Shown here: piece after piece, positions 29,912 through 39,413 of the stretch
How the letters are laid out: the number at the start of each line of letters is the position of its first letter
How positions within the stretch are numbered: the stretch's first letter is position 1
Assembly (NCBI GenBank): GCA_009377445.1
Contig: WHUA01000001.1
Coordinates: 902,725 to 966,724, forward strand
Direction of reading: 5' to 3'
Length of the DNA stretch: 64,000 bases
Source of the DNA: Alphaproteobacteria bacterium
Lineage (GTDB): Bacteria > Pseudomonadota > Alphaproteobacteria > UBA8366
Made by a program: the position numbers and the translations under genes
The notes under the pieces: model-generated
Told to the model about the DNA's origin: nothing
Seen by the model: the letters and a program-made list of their open reading frames with translations, nothing else
The model's database searches: none

Positions 29912-31117
29912 ATGACACAGAACAACGAGCCGCCCCTCACGGGCCTCCGGGTGATCGACGCGGCGACCGTGATCGCCGGGCCGACGCTCGGCATGCTGCT
30001 CGGCGACTTCGGCGCCGACGTCATCAAGGTCGAGCATCCGCGCGGCGACGTGCTGCGCCAGACCGGCTACCAGAAGGACGGCGTCGGGCTGTGGTTCAAG
30101 ATGGCGAACCGCAACAAGCGCGGCGTGACGCTCAACCTGAGCGAGCCGAAGGGGCAGGCGCTGTTCAAGGAGCTGGTCAAGACGGCGGATGTCCTGATCG
30201 AGAATTTCCGCACCGGGACGATGGAGAAATGGGGCCTCGGCTGGGAGGACCTCAAGGCGGTCAATCCGCGGCTCGTCATGGTTCGCGTTACCGGCTTCGG
30301 GCAAACCGGTCCCTACCGCCACCGCCCCGGCTTCGGCACCATCGCCGAGGCCTTCAGCGGTTTCGCGGCCATCACGGGCGAGCCGGACGGCCCGCCGACG
30401 CTGCCAAACTTCGGCCTCGCCGACGGCATCGCCGCCGCCTACGGCACCTTCGCGGCGATGTTCGCGCTCTACCACCGCGACGCGAAGGGCAGCGGCAAGG
30501 GGCAGTATATCGACCTCAGCATCTACGAGCCGATTTTCCAGGTGCTTGGGCCGCAGCCGATGCAGTACGACCAGCTCGGCGTGGTGCAGGAGCGCTGGGG
30601 CAACCGCTCGAAGAACAATGCGCCGCGCAACACTTACCAGACCAAGGACGGCCATTGGGTCGCGCTGTCGACCAACTCGCCGGCCATCGTCACGCGCGTG
30701 CTGACGCTCTGCGGCGGCAACGCGGCCGCCGAAGACCCGCGCTTCCAGACGCCGCAAGGCCGCGTCGCCCATATCGAGGAGGTCGACGGCATCGTGAGTT
30801 CCTGGATCGGCGCGCGCACGCTCGACGTCGTGATCGATGCATTCGAGAAGGCCGAGGCGGCGATCGGCCCGGCCTACACCATCGCGCAGATCTTCGACGA
30901 CCCGCAGTACAAGGCGCGGAACGACATCGTCGAGGTGCAGGACGAGGATCTCGGTCCGGTACGGATGACGAACGCGTTCCCGTACCTGTCCGAGACGCCC
31001 GGTAAGATCCGCCACGCGGGGCCGCGCAAAGGGCAGCACAACGATGAGATATTGTGCGGCGAGTTGGGTCTGACGGCGGAGGAGATCGCGAAGCTACGCG
31101 AGGAGGGCGTGGTTTAA
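29912..31117 (+). CDS. Family III CoA-transferase (CaiB/BaiF-type)
   Basis: ORF 29912..31117, 401 aa: LTGLRVIDAATVIAGPTLGMLLGDFGADVIKVEHP, ANRNKRGVTLNL, DVLIENFRTG. Confidence 0.85.
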   Translation: MTQNNEPPLTGLRVIDAATVIAGPTLGMLLGDFGADVIKVEHPRGDVLRQTGYQKDGVGLWFKMANRNKRGVTLNLSEPKGQALFKELVKTADVLIENFRTGTMEKWGLGWEDLKAVNPRLVMVRVTGFGQTGPYRHRPGFGTIAEAFSGFAAITGEPDGPPTLPNFGLADGIAAAYGTFAAMFALYHRDAKGSGKGQYIDLSIYEPIFQVLGPQPMQYDQLGVVQERWGNRSKNNAPRNTYQTKDGHWVALSTNSPAIVTRVLTLCGGNAAAEDPRFQTPQGRVAHIEEVDGIVSSWIGARTLDVVIDAFEKAEAAIGPAYTIAQIFDDPQYKARNDIVEVQDEDLGPVRMTNAFPYLSETPGKIRHAGPRKGQHNDEILCGELGLTAEEIAKLREEGVV

Positions 31118-31123
31118 CCTGAC

Positions 31124-31206
31124 CACACCCGACGTCATTCGCCGACTTGATCGGCGAATCTCCTGCGGCAGCCGTGGACTCGCCGGTCAAGCCGGCGAGT
31201 GACGGT
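31124..31206 (+). repeat. Intergenic palindromic repeat, family 2
   Basis: The 28-mer CGTCATTCGCCGACTTGATCGGCGAATC (31133-31160) is identical to the reverse complement of 39637-39664. The flanking GCCGTGGAC...GGTCAAGCCGG also matches. Confidence 0.8.
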
Positions 31207-31243
31207 TTGTATTTGGAGATGCGGCGATTTTCCGCCGAATCGC

Positions 31244-32176
31244 CTACTTCGGCGCGTGCTTTCCCGTGAGCTGTGGCGTGTGCCGTCCTTCCGCTCCCTT
31301 CTGGTGATGCTCGAGCCGTGTCGTCCGCGCCCAGGTGCGCTTCAGGTCGTCGCGCACGTTGAAGCGCAGACGGCCGAGGCCCTCCGTCTCCAGCTCGACC
31401 TTGTCGCCGTCCATGAACGAGCTGAGGCCGCGGTGGTTCGTGCCGGTCGCCAGGATGTCGCCCGGCTCCAGCGGATGGATCGAGGTCACCCACTCGATGC
31501 AGCGGGCGATGCTGTGGGCCATGTCGTCGGTGTTGAAATTCTGCTTGAGCTGGCCGTTGACCCAGAGCCGGATCTGCAGCTTCTGCGGATTCGGTAACTC
31601 GTCCGCGGTCACCAGGTAGGGGCCGATCGGCGCGAAGGTGTCGCGCGATTTCATCTGGAAGAAGGTGTTGTTCGACGGCAGCAGTCCCCGCGCCGAGCCG
31701 TCGATGAAGTTGACGTAGCCGAAGACATACTTCATCGCGTCCTTCTCGCTGACGCGGTTCGCGTGCCGGCCCATGACGACGGCGATCTCGGCTTCACCCT
31801 CGAAGATCGTGGCCGGCACGTCGGGCAGCACCATCGTGTCGCCATCGCCGATGACCGCGCTCGACGCCTTGTGGAAGGCGTTGATCGGCGCGGGCTTCTC
31901 GAGCGTGCCGTCCTCCATGTAGTTGACGGCCATGCAGTCGATGTTGCCGGGCTTCGGCAGCGGCGGGCGGACGCGCACCTTGGAAACCGGCACGCCCTTG
32001 CCGTCGGCCGCCGCCTTTTCGAGCTTCTTGCGGTAGTCGGAGAACCGCTCGATCAGCCCGTTGATCAGGTCGTGCGGCCCGGTGTGCGGAATGTCCTGAA
32101 CTTGCGACGTCACGTCGACCACGGCGTCGCCCTTGAGCACGCCCAGCTTGAAATCGTCGAAATAGAGCAGCTTCAT
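31244..32176 (-). CDS. Fumarylacetoacetate hydrolase (FAH) family protein
   Basis: ATG 32176 in frame with ORF 31244..32236, GGGAGG SD upstream. FAH-family core: EGEAEIAVVMG, PIGPYLVT, PGDILATGT. Confidence 0.8.
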   Translation of the reverse strand: MKLLYFDDFKLGVLKGDAVVDVTSQVQDIPHTGPHDLINGLIERFSDYRKKLEKAAADGKGVPVSKVRVRPPLPKPGNIDCMAVNYMEDGTLEKPAPINAFHKASSAVIGDGDTMVLPDVPATIFEGEAEIAVVMGRHANRVSEKDAMKYVFGYVNFIDGSARGLLPSNNTFFQMKSRDTFAPIGPYLVTADELPNPQKLQIRLWVNGQLKQNFNTDDMAHSIARCIEWVTSIHPLEPGDILATGTNHRGLSSFMDGDKVELETEGLGRLRFNVRDDLKRTWARTTRLEHHQKGAEGRHTPQLTGKHAPK

Positions 32177-32261
32177 GGTGTCCTCCCTGTTCGCCTTATT
32201 GACGCCCGAATCCCCATCGGGCGCAAGGGAGGACACCGCCGGCTTTCAGCCCCTCGGCTTT

Positions 32262-32960
32262 TCAGCTCATGTCGAAGAGCAGGACTTCCGCCTCCGTCTT
32301 GGCTGTGATGTCGATGCGCTCGACGCCTTCGATTGCCAAGCCGTCGCCGGCATCCGCGCCGGTGCCGTTGACCGCGACCGACCCCCGGACGACCTGGAGC
32401 CAGAGCTTTCTGTCGGGGCGCACGTCGTGGCGGACGGTTTCGCCCTCGGCCAGGGTCGCGGCATGGAGATCGACGTCCCGATGGATCGTGACCGAGCCGT
32501 CACGCCCGTCGCGCGAGCCGATCAGGCGCAGCCCGCCGCGGCGCGCGTCCGCGGGAAAATTCTTCTGCTCGTAGCCGGGCGTCAGGCCTTCCCGTTCCGG
32601 GACGATCCAGATCTGCAGGAAGTGGACGGGGTCCTCCGCGGATGCATTGTACTCGCTGTGGCGGATGCCCGACCCCGCCGACATGCGCTGCACGTCGCCC
32701 GGCCGGATGACCGAGCCGGTGCCCGTGCTGTCCTTGTGCTCGAGCGCGCCGTCGATCACGTAGGTGACGATCTCCATGTCGCGGTGCCCGTGGGTCGGGA
32801 AGCCGGCGCGCGGGCTGACGCGGTCCTCGTTGATCACGCGCAGCGGCCCGAACCCCATATGGTCCGGATCGTAATAGTCGCCGAAGGAAAAGCTGTGCCG
32901 GCTGTCCAGCCAGCCGAACCTGGCAACGCCGCGGTCGGCAGCATGTCTTACGGTAAGCAT
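32262..32960 (-). CDS. Pirin-family protein (YhhW/quercetinase-like bicupin)
   Basis: ORF 32262..32960, 232 aa: GFPTHGHRDMEIVTYVIDGALEHKDSTG...MSAGSGIRHSE. Confidence 0.85.
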   Translation of the reverse strand: MLTVRHAADRGVARFGWLDSRHSFSFGDYYDPDHMGFGPLRVINEDRVSPRAGFPTHGHRDMEIVTYVIDGALEHKDSTGTGSVIRPGDVQRMSAGSGIRHSEYNASAEDPVHFLQIWIVPEREGLTPGYEQKNFPADARRGGLRLIGSRDGRDGSVTIHRDVDLHAATLAEGETVRHDVRPDRKLWLQVVRGSVAVNGTGADAGDGLAIEGVERIDITAKTEAEVLLFDMS

Positions 32961-33051
32961 CGTCTCTGTCTCCTGGTTCGAGGGCGGCTATGGCCGCCGT
33001 CCTTGCAACGATATTTGGGCCGTTTCTATTCACGCACAATTGATCTATATT

Positions 33052-33066
33052 TGGATTCATTATCCA
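33052..33066. promoter_or_regulatory. Candidate LysR-type operator dyad in the pirin/lysR divergent intergenic region
   Basis: TGGAT-TCATT-ATCCA is a perfect 5-bp inverted repeat in an AT-rich tract, 26 nt upstream of the lysR ATG (33092). Confidence 0.35.
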
Positions 33067-33091
33067 TAAATAAAAGACAATAAGGCGCCCC

Positions 33092-34000
33092 ATGGACAAG
33101 CTCGAAGCGATGCGCGTGTTCGCCCAGGTCGTCACGCATGGCGGCTTTTCCGCGGCAGCCCGCGAGATCGGCATGTCGCGCTCGGCGGTCAGCAAGCACG
33201 TGATGGACCTGGAGGCATCGCTCGGCGTGCAGCTTCTGCACCGCACGACGCGGCAGACCAGCACGACCGACGCTGGGCTGGCCTATTTCGAGCGTTGCCA
33301 GGCGATCCTCGCGGAAATCGAGGAGGCCGAGCTGGCGATTTCCGATGCCCAGCAGGCGCCGCGCGGCCAGCTTCGCATCAACGCGCCGATGTCGTTCGGA
33401 ACGCTGCACCTCGGCTCGGCCATCGCCGATTTCATGCAGCGCTATCGCGACGTTCAGGTGCAGCTCGTCCTCAACGACCGTTTCGTCGATCCGATCGCCG
33501 AAGGCTTCGACATCACGATACGGATCGCGGAGCTCGAAGACAGCAGCATGATCGCGCGCCGCATAATGCCGGCCCGCCGCGTGCTGTGCGCGTCGCCCGC
33601 ATATCTGCGCGAGCGTGGTGCGCCGAAGACGCCCGACGACCTGCGCCGGCACGACTGCCTGCATTACGGCAATCTCACGACCGGCGCGCAATGGAAGCTC
33701 ACCGGGGCCGGCCGCGATCACTGGGTGCCGGTGAAGGCGGTGCTGTGCGCCAACAACGGCGAGGTCCTGCGCGACGCCGCGCTGCGCGATCTCGGCATCG
33801 CCCTGCTGCCGACGTTCATCGCGGGCAGGGAACTGGAGGAGGGCCGCCTCGCCGCCGTGCTGGCGGAATACGAGCCTCCGCCCATCGGCGTCTACGCCCT
33901 CTATCCGCCGGCGCGCTACCTTTCGGCCAAGGTCCGGGTGTTCCTCGACTTCCTCGCCGCCCGATTTGCCGAGGATCGCTACCGGGAGATCGCCGGCTAG
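33092..34000 (+). CDS. LysR-family transcriptional regulator
   Basis: ORF 33092..34000. wHTH region MDKLEAMRVFAQVVTHGGFSAAAREIGMSRSAVSKHVMDLEASLGVQLL, followed by a LysR substrate-binding domain. Confidence 0.9.
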   Translation: MDKLEAMRVFAQVVTHGGFSAAAREIGMSRSAVSKHVMDLEASLGVQLLHRTTRQTSTTDAGLAYFERCQAILAEIEEAELAISDAQQAPRGQLRINAPMSFGTLHLGSAIADFMQRYRDVQVQLVLNDRFVDPIAEGFDITIRIAELEDSSMIARRIMPARRVLCASPAYLRERGAPKTPDDLRRHDCLHYGNLTTGAQWKLTGAGRDHWVPVKAVLCANNGEVLRDAALRDLGIALLPTFIAGRELEEGRLAAVLAEYEPPPIGVYALYPPARYLSAKVRVFLDFLAARFAEDRYREIAG

Positions 34001-34004
34001 ATCA

Positions 34005-34038
34005 ATCTGCAATCAGGTGGAATCACCTGATTGCAGAT
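34005..34038. terminator. Perfect 15-bp hairpin between convergent genes (terminator-like, or a protein-binding palindrome)
   Basis: ATCTGCAATCAGGTG-GAAT-CACCTGATTGCAGAT, 5 nt after the lysR stop. AT-rich flank, no long U-tract. Confidence 0.5.
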
Positions 34039-34062
34039 AAATTGATCTATCTTAAAAGGTTA

Positions 34063-34100
34063 GAGCAACTTATCTGCGTCCGATAGGACGCAGGTTGCTC
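34063..34100. terminator. Second hairpin abutting the stop of the CoxL-like gene
   Basis: GAGCAAC-(TTAT)-CTGCGTCC-GATA-GGACGCAG-GTTGCTC. The right arm touches the CTA stop complement at 34100. Confidence 0.45.
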
Positions 34101-36430
34101 TAGCCCCGCTTCGCCTTGCCGTCGCGGATCGCGCGCCAGATGCGTTCCGGCGTGGCGGGCATCCCGATGTGCCGGACGCCAAAGACCGACAGCGCGTCGA
34201 CCAGCGCGTTGGCAACCGCCGGAAGCGCGCCCACGTTGCCCGCCTCGCCCGCGCCCTTGACGCCGAGCGGGTTGGACTTGGTCGGCACCGGATTGCTCTC
34301 GACCTGGATGTAGCTCAGGTCGTCCGCACGCGGCATGCAGTAGTCCATGAAGGAGCCGGTGAGGAGCTGCCCCGACTCGTCGTAGCGGATGTCCTCCATC
34401 AGGATCTGCCCTGCGCCCTGGGCGATGCCGCCGTGGATCTGCCCTTTCAGCAGCAGCGGGTTCAGCACGGTGCCGACATCGTCGACGACGCTGTAGGCGA
34501 CGATATCGGCCTTGCCCGTCTCCTCGTCGATCTCGACCTCGCAGATATGCGCTCCGTTGGGGTAATTGTTCACATGCGCCGTATAGATGGCGGTCGCGGC
34601 GAGCCCCACTTCCATCCCGTCCGGCAGGTTTCCCGGATCGTTGGCGGCCTGCGCGACCTCCTTCATCGTCAGCGTGCGGTTGGTCGCGGGCGTGCTGAAG
34701 ATGCCGTCCTCGAACGCGACCTCCTCGGTCGGGACCTCGAGCATGTGCGCTGCGATCTGCCGCGCCTTGGCGACGATCTTGCCGGCGGCCATATGCATTG
34801 CCGTGCCGCCGATCGTCGCCGAGCGCGAGCCGAAGCTGCCGCGGCCGTCGGGAACCTTGTCCGTGTCGCCCTGGACGTAGCGCATCTCCGCCGGATCGAT
34901 CCCGAGGTAGGCGGCGGCAAGCTGCTTGTACATCGTCTCGTGTCCCTGGCCTTGGTTGATGGAGCCGGAGCCGATGGTCACCGAGCCGCGGCGATCGAAG
35001 CGGATCTCGACCCCTTCGTTGCCTTCGGAGCCTGCGCGCTCGATGGTGTTGGAGATGCCGATGCCGCGCAGCCTGCCGCGGGACCGCGCCTCCCGGCGGC
35101 GCTGCTCGAAGCCGTCGTAGCCGGCAAGCGCGAGCGCCATGTCGAGGTTCTTCTGGAACTCGCCGCAGTCGTAGGTGAAGGAAAGCGCGGTCTTGTACGG
35201 AAAGGCGTCCGGCGCGATGGAATTGCGGCGGCGCAGTTCCGCCGGGTCGATCCCCATCTCGTCCGCCGCGATATCGACCAGCCGTTCGATGACATAGGCC
35301 GCCTCGGGCCTTCCGTTGCCGCGATAGGCCCGCATCGGATTGGTGTTGGTATAGACGGTGGTGACGTCGACATGGATGGCGGGCGTCGTGTAGACGCCGG
35401 CCAGCGTGCCGAGATTCTTGATGCCGGAGTTCTCGCCGCCGGCCTGAAGGTAGGCGCCGAGGTTGACGACGTTCTTCACGCGCATGCCGAGGAACTTGCC
35501 GTTCCGGTCGAGCGCGAGCTGGGCTTCCGTCACGTTGTCGCGGGCGTGCGCGTCGCTCAGCAGCGCCTCGGACCGGCTGCTCATCCATTTGACCGGCCGG
35601 CCGGTCAGCTTCGATGCGTAGAGGGTCAGCGGCACCTCGTTATAGATCGCGGACTTCATCCCGAAGCCGCCGCCGATGTCGCCGGCTATGACGCGCACAC
35701 GGCTTTCCGGAACGCCGAGCAGGCCGGACAGCACCGAGCGGTAGGGCTGCAATCCCTGCAGCGTTGTGTAGAGCGTGTACTGGCCGCTCGCCGCATCGTA
35801 GTCGCCGACGCAGCCGCGCGGCTCCATGCTGTTGGCGCTGACGCGGTTGATGACGAACTGCTGGCTGACCACATGGCCGGCCTTGGCGAAGGCGGCGTCC
35901 GTCGCGGCCTTGTCGCCTTCGGTATGGACGTAGCAGATGTTGTCCGGGCAATCCTGCCAGACCTTGTGCGCCTCAGGGTCGAGCGCGCCCGCCGTCGAAG
36001 TGACCGACGGCAGCGGCTCGTAGTCGACGGCGATCATCTCCGCCGCGTCCATTGCCTGGTTGCGCGTTTCCGCCACGACGAAAGCGACGTAGTCGCCGAC
36101 CCGCCGCACCCGGTCGACCGCCAGGGGCGGGTAGGGCGGCACGAACATCGGCGAGCCGTCCCGCTTTTTCAGGCCGTTGCCGCGCGGCATGTTGGCGGCG
36201 AAGCGGGACTCCTTCCAGCCCTTGCCGGTGATGACCGCGAGCACGCCCGGCGCGGCTTCCGCCGCGCGCGTATCGATGGAGCGGATCGCCGCATGCGCAT
36301 GCGGCGAGCGGAGAACGAAGCCGTGCGCCATGTTCGGGAGCGCGACATCGTCGACATAGCGCCCGCCGCCCCGCAGCAGCCGCGGATCCTCGAACCGGGA
36401 AACCGACTGGCCAACCGAGAAATCGCCCAT
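34100..36430 (-). CDS. Xanthine-dehydrogenase-family molybdopterin-binding large subunit (CoxL-like); no adjacent FAD or [2Fe-2S] subunits
   Basis: ORF 34100..36430, 776 aa: SVSRFEDPRLLRGGGRYVDD, active-site-loop region AYRGNGRPEAAYVIERL. Confidence 0.85.
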   Translation of the reverse strand: MGDFSVGQSVSRFEDPRLLRGGGRYVDDVALPNMAHGFVLRSPHAHAAIRSIDTRAAEAAPGVLAVITGKGWKESRFAANMPRGNGLKKRDGSPMFVPPYPPLAVDRVRRVGDYVAFVVAETRNQAMDAAEMIAVDYEPLPSVTSTAGALDPEAHKVWQDCPDNICYVHTEGDKAATDAAFAKAGHVVSQQFVINRVSANSMEPRGCVGDYDAASGQYTLYTTLQGLQPYRSVLSGLLGVPESRVRVIAGDIGGGFGMKSAIYNEVPLTLYASKLTGRPVKWMSSRSEALLSDAHARDNVTEAQLALDRNGKFLGMRVKNVVNLGAYLQAGGENSGIKNLGTLAGVYTTPAIHVDVTTVYTNTNPMRAYRGNGRPEAAYVIERLVDIAADEMGIDPAELRRRNSIAPDAFPYKTALSFTYDCGEFQKNLDMALALAGYDGFEQRRREARSRGRLRGIGISNTIERAGSEGNEGVEIRFDRRGSVTIGSGSINQGQGHETMYKQLAAAYLGIDPAEMRYVQGDTDKVPDGRGSFGSRSATIGGTAMHMAAGKIVAKARQIAAHMLEVPTEEVAFEDGIFSTPATNRTLTMKEVAQAANDPGNLPDGMEVGLAATAIYTAHVNNYPNGAHICEVEIDEETGKADIVAYSVVDDVGTVLNPLLLKGQIHGGIAQGAGQILMEDIRYDESGQLLTGSFMDYCMPRADDLSYIQVESNPVPTKSNPLGVKGAGEAGNVGALPAVANALVDALSVFGVRHIGMPATPERIWRAIRDGKAKRG

Positions 36431-36667
36431 GCTGTGCCCCCCTGCCTCGCCTAATGCCGTGCTAATTCTTCACGCCTTCTGGGCAGTTGCGCAAGCGTTG
36501 CGCATGGATGCCGCGGACACGCCGTGGCATGACGATATGTATCTGAAATTAAAAGAAAATCGTCACACCCCGGCTTGACCGGGGTGTCCATGGCGCTGTC
36601 GTGTCCAACCGAACTCGGCTTAACCACGCAGCCATGGAATGAATCGTGGCATGGCGCGTTGGAGCGC

Positions 36668-37216
36668 TTACGGAAACGCCGTCCGCACGCCGCTGGCCGG
36701 CGGCACCTCCGACACGTTGAGCGCCATCGCCATCATCGTGTAGTAGCCGGAAATCGCGAGCAGCTCGACGACGCCTTCTTCGCCGATCGCGGCCTTCGCC
36801 GCGGCGAATTGCGCGTCGCTGACGGCGCGGTCGCGGTGCAGCGCACGGCAGAAGTCGTAGACCGCCATCTCGTCCTTCGACAGGTCCTCCGGAGGCTGAT
36901 TCGCCAGGATGCGGTCGATCGTGCGTTGCGACAGGCCCGACTTTGCCGCCGTCTTGCTGTGGTGGTCCCATTCATACTGGCAATTCCAGTGCCGCGCCGT
37001 GAGCAGGATCGCGATAGACACGAATTTAACCGGCAACTCGCGCTGATACCGGATGTACTCGCCGAGCTTCTGGATGCGGGACGCGAGCTCGGGCCGGCGC
37101 AGCCAGGTGGGGAAGGGACCGCCGACGGCGCCGCGCGGCCCGGCGACGATGGCGTCGGCCACCTCGCGCTGTTCCGGCGCCCATTGTTCGGGGGCGAGCT
37201 TCACGAAGCGTGGCAT
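36668..37216 (-). CDS. Carboxymuconolactone decarboxylase (AhpD-like) family protein
   Basis: ORF 36668..37216, 182 aa. All-helical CMD-like sequence (ILLTARHWNCQYEWDHH). Last gene of the TauD-OYE-CMD operon. Confidence 0.7.
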   Translation of the reverse strand: MPRFVKLAPEQWAPEQREVADAIVAGPRGAVGGPFPTWLRRPELASRIQKLGEYIRYQRELPVKFVSIAILLTARHWNCQYEWDHHSKTAAKSGLSQRTIDRILANQPPEDLSKDEMAVYDFCRALHRDRAVSDAQFAAAKAAIGEEGVVELLAISGYYTMMAMALNVSEVPPASGVRTAFP

Positions 37217-37236
37217 ATGACTCCTCCGAATTGGCG

Positions 37237-38400
37237 TTATTGTTTGCCGGCGATGCCCTGGCGGTAGGTCGACGGCACGATATCCTTGACCGAGCTCGCG
37301 CGTTTTGCGAGCCAGTAGGATTGCGGCGGCGGCACGATCGCGAATTTCGGGTCGACGCCGAGCTTCTGCGCCGCGTCCATCGGCCAGTTGGGATTGTAGA
37401 GGATCTCGCGCGCGAGCGCGATCAAGTCAGCGCGGCCGTGCTGCAGGATCTCCTCCGCCTGGTCGGCGTGCACGATCAGGCCGACCGCCATGCTCATGAC
37501 GCCGGCCTCCTTCCGCAGCCGCTCGGCATAGGGAACCTGATAGCCGTAGGTAACCGGGCCGTCGCCCACGACCGGCGCGCCCGTCATGCCGCCCGAGCTG
37601 CAGTCGATCACGTCGACACCCTTCGGCCCGACGATCTTGGCGAGCGCAATGCTTTCGTCCGGTCCCCAGCCCGCCCCGTCCTGCACCGAGAGGCGCATGA
37701 ACAGCGGCTTGTGGTTGGGCCAGTTGGCGCGCACCGCCTCGACGACCTCGATGGCGAAGCGCATGCGGTTCAATTCCGAGCCGCCGTAGTCGTCGTTCCG
37801 CCGGTTCGCCATCGGCGACAGGAACTGGTGGATCAGGTAGCCATGCGCGCCGTGGATCTCCAGCAGGTCGAAGCCGGCTTCGTCGGCCCGCCGCGCGGCG
37901 TTGCCCCAGGCCTCGACGACGCGCGGGATCTCGTCCCGGCTCAGCGCGCGCGGCTCCGGATCGCCCGGGCCGCTGGGCAGGGCGCTCGGCGCGACAAGCT
38001 CCCAGGCTTCCCAGTCGTCGATCTCGGGCGACGGCACGAGCGGCTTGCCGCCTTCCCAGGGCCGAAAGCGCCGCGCCTTGCGCCCCGAATGGCCGATCTG
38101 AATGCCCGGCACCGCGTCGTGCTGGCGGATGAAGTCGCTGAGGCGCCGGAAGTGCGGCACGAAGGCGTCGTCCCACAGGCCGAGGTCGCCGACCGTGCCG
38201 CAGCCGCGGCGTTCCACCTTGGTCGATTCGACGATCACCAGACCGGCGCCGCCGGCCGCGAACCGGCCGGCGTTCATCAGATGCCAGTCGGTGGGAAAGC
38301 CGCGCACGCCGGAATACTGATGCATCGGCGCGACCACGACGCGGTTCTTCAGCCGCGCGTCGCGGATCTCGAACGGGGCGAACAGCAGCGGCTGGGTCAT
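37237..38400 (-). CDS. NADH:flavin oxidoreductase, Old Yellow Enzyme family
   Basis: ORF 37237..38400, 387 aa: LKNRVVVAPMHQY, GAGLVIVESTKV, IQIGHSGRKA, GFDLLEIHGAHGYLIHQFLSP. Confidence 0.85.
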   Translation of the reverse strand: MTQPLLFAPFEIRDARLKNRVVVAPMHQYSGVRGFPTDWHLMNAGRFAAGGAGLVIVESTKVERRGCGTVGDLGLWDDAFVPHFRRLSDFIRQHDAVPGIQIGHSGRKARRFRPWEGGKPLVPSPEIDDWEAWELVAPSALPSGPGDPEPRALSRDEIPRVVEAWGNAARRADEAGFDLLEIHGAHGYLIHQFLSPMANRRNDDYGGSELNRMRFAIEVVEAVRANWPNHKPLFMRLSVQDGAGWGPDESIALAKIVGPKGVDVIDCSSGGMTGAPVVGDGPVTYGYQVPYAERLRKEAGVMSMAVGLIVHADQAEEILQHGRADLIALAREILYNPNWPMDAAQKLGVDPKFAIVPPPQSYWLAKRASSVKDIVPSTYRQGIAGKQ

Positions 38401-38431
38401 CGTTTGTGGCCGTCCCTGCCCAACCGCCCGA

Positions 38432-39310
38432 TCAATGCGTCGGCGTGCCGCGGAGGCAGGTCCGGTGCAGCACCCGCGGATACGTCGCCGCGTCGAAATT
38501 CGGGTCGGCGCGGTGCAGCAGGCAGCGGTTGTCCCACATCAGCAGGTCGCCCATGCGCCAGCTATGGCGGAAGGTGAATTCCGGCTTCGTCGCGTGCGCC
38601 TCCAGCTCGAGGATCTTCGCGCGGCCGTCCTCGAAGCTCATGCCATCGATGTGCGAGGCATGCATGCCGAGGAACAGCGACGTACGGCCGGTCTCCGGAT
38701 GAATGCGCGCCAGCGGGTGGCTGTTCGGCGGCGCGTCGCGCTTCTCGTCCTCGGACAGGACGCGGCCGATGTTTTCGCGCGACAGCTCCCAGCTATGCAC
38801 GACCTTCTTGCCCTCGAGGAACGCCTTCTCGCTTTCGGGCAGCGCCTCGTAGGCGGCATACATGTTGGCGAACATCGTGTCGCCGCCCTTCGGCGGCATG
38901 GTGACGGCGTGCAGGATGGTGGCCATCGACGGCTCGGCGCGGAAGGACTTGTCTGAATGCCAGAGCGTCGATTTGACGGTGCCGCTCGGCTTGCCCTCGT
39001 CGTCGAGGTTGGAGACGACGTGGAGCAGCGGGAAATCGTCCATCCCGCGGTTGAACTTGGTGTGGCGCTCGAGCGCGCCGAACTGCTCGGTGAAGGCGAT
39101 CTGCTCCGGCTTGGTCAGCTTCTGGCCGCGGAAGACGAGAAGCTGGTAGCGCAGGAAGGCCTGGTGCACCGCATCCCGCGTCGCCTCGTCGAAGGGCTGG
39201 GACAGGTCGAGGCCGATCACTTCCGCCGCCATCAGGCCGGACAGGGGCAGCACCTGGAAGCCTGGATTTCCGTGGTCGGATGCGGTTTCCGTGGAAAGGC
39301 CCATGCTCAT
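38432..39310 (-). CDS. TauD/TfdA-family Fe(II)/2-oxoglutarate dioxygenase (paralogue 3)
   Basis: ORF 38432..39310, GGGAGGA SD 8 nt upstream. WHSDKSF ... MWDNRCLLHRA. Confidence 0.85.
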   Translation of the reverse strand: MSMGLSTETASDHGNPGFQVLPLSGLMAAEVIGLDLSQPFDEATRDAVHQAFLRYQLLVFRGQKLTKPEQIAFTEQFGALERHTKFNRGMDDFPLLHVVSNLDDEGKPSGTVKSTLWHSDKSFRAEPSMATILHAVTMPPKGGDTMFANMYAAYEALPESEKAFLEGKKVVHSWELSRENIGRVLSEDEKRDAPPNSHPLARIHPETGRTSLFLGMHASHIDGMSFEDGRAKILELEAHATKPEFTFRHSWRMGDLLMWDNRCLLHRADPNFDAATYPRVLHRTCLRGTPTH

Positions 39311-39413
39311 CCTTCGTATCCTCCCTTGCGCCTGTTGGGGCGGCTCGCCGATGCGACTCTATCGTGGATTGCGCGGAGTGCAAAATGATGATCCGCCTTG
39401 GCCTACCCCTGCC

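Noticed and set aside
33038-34050. The 11-mer AATTGATCTAT occurs on both sides of the lysR gene (33038-33048 and 34040-34050), which could suggest a cassette or target-site duplication
   Set aside because: It is an AT-rich 11-mer within AT-rich intergenic DNA. My rough estimate is that a few such chance matches are expected among all intergenic sequence in the window. No other mobile-element hallmarks are present.
34169-36454. 761-aa plus-strand ORF
   Set aside because: It is antisense to the CoxL-like gene, which has family motifs. There are no motifs in this frame.
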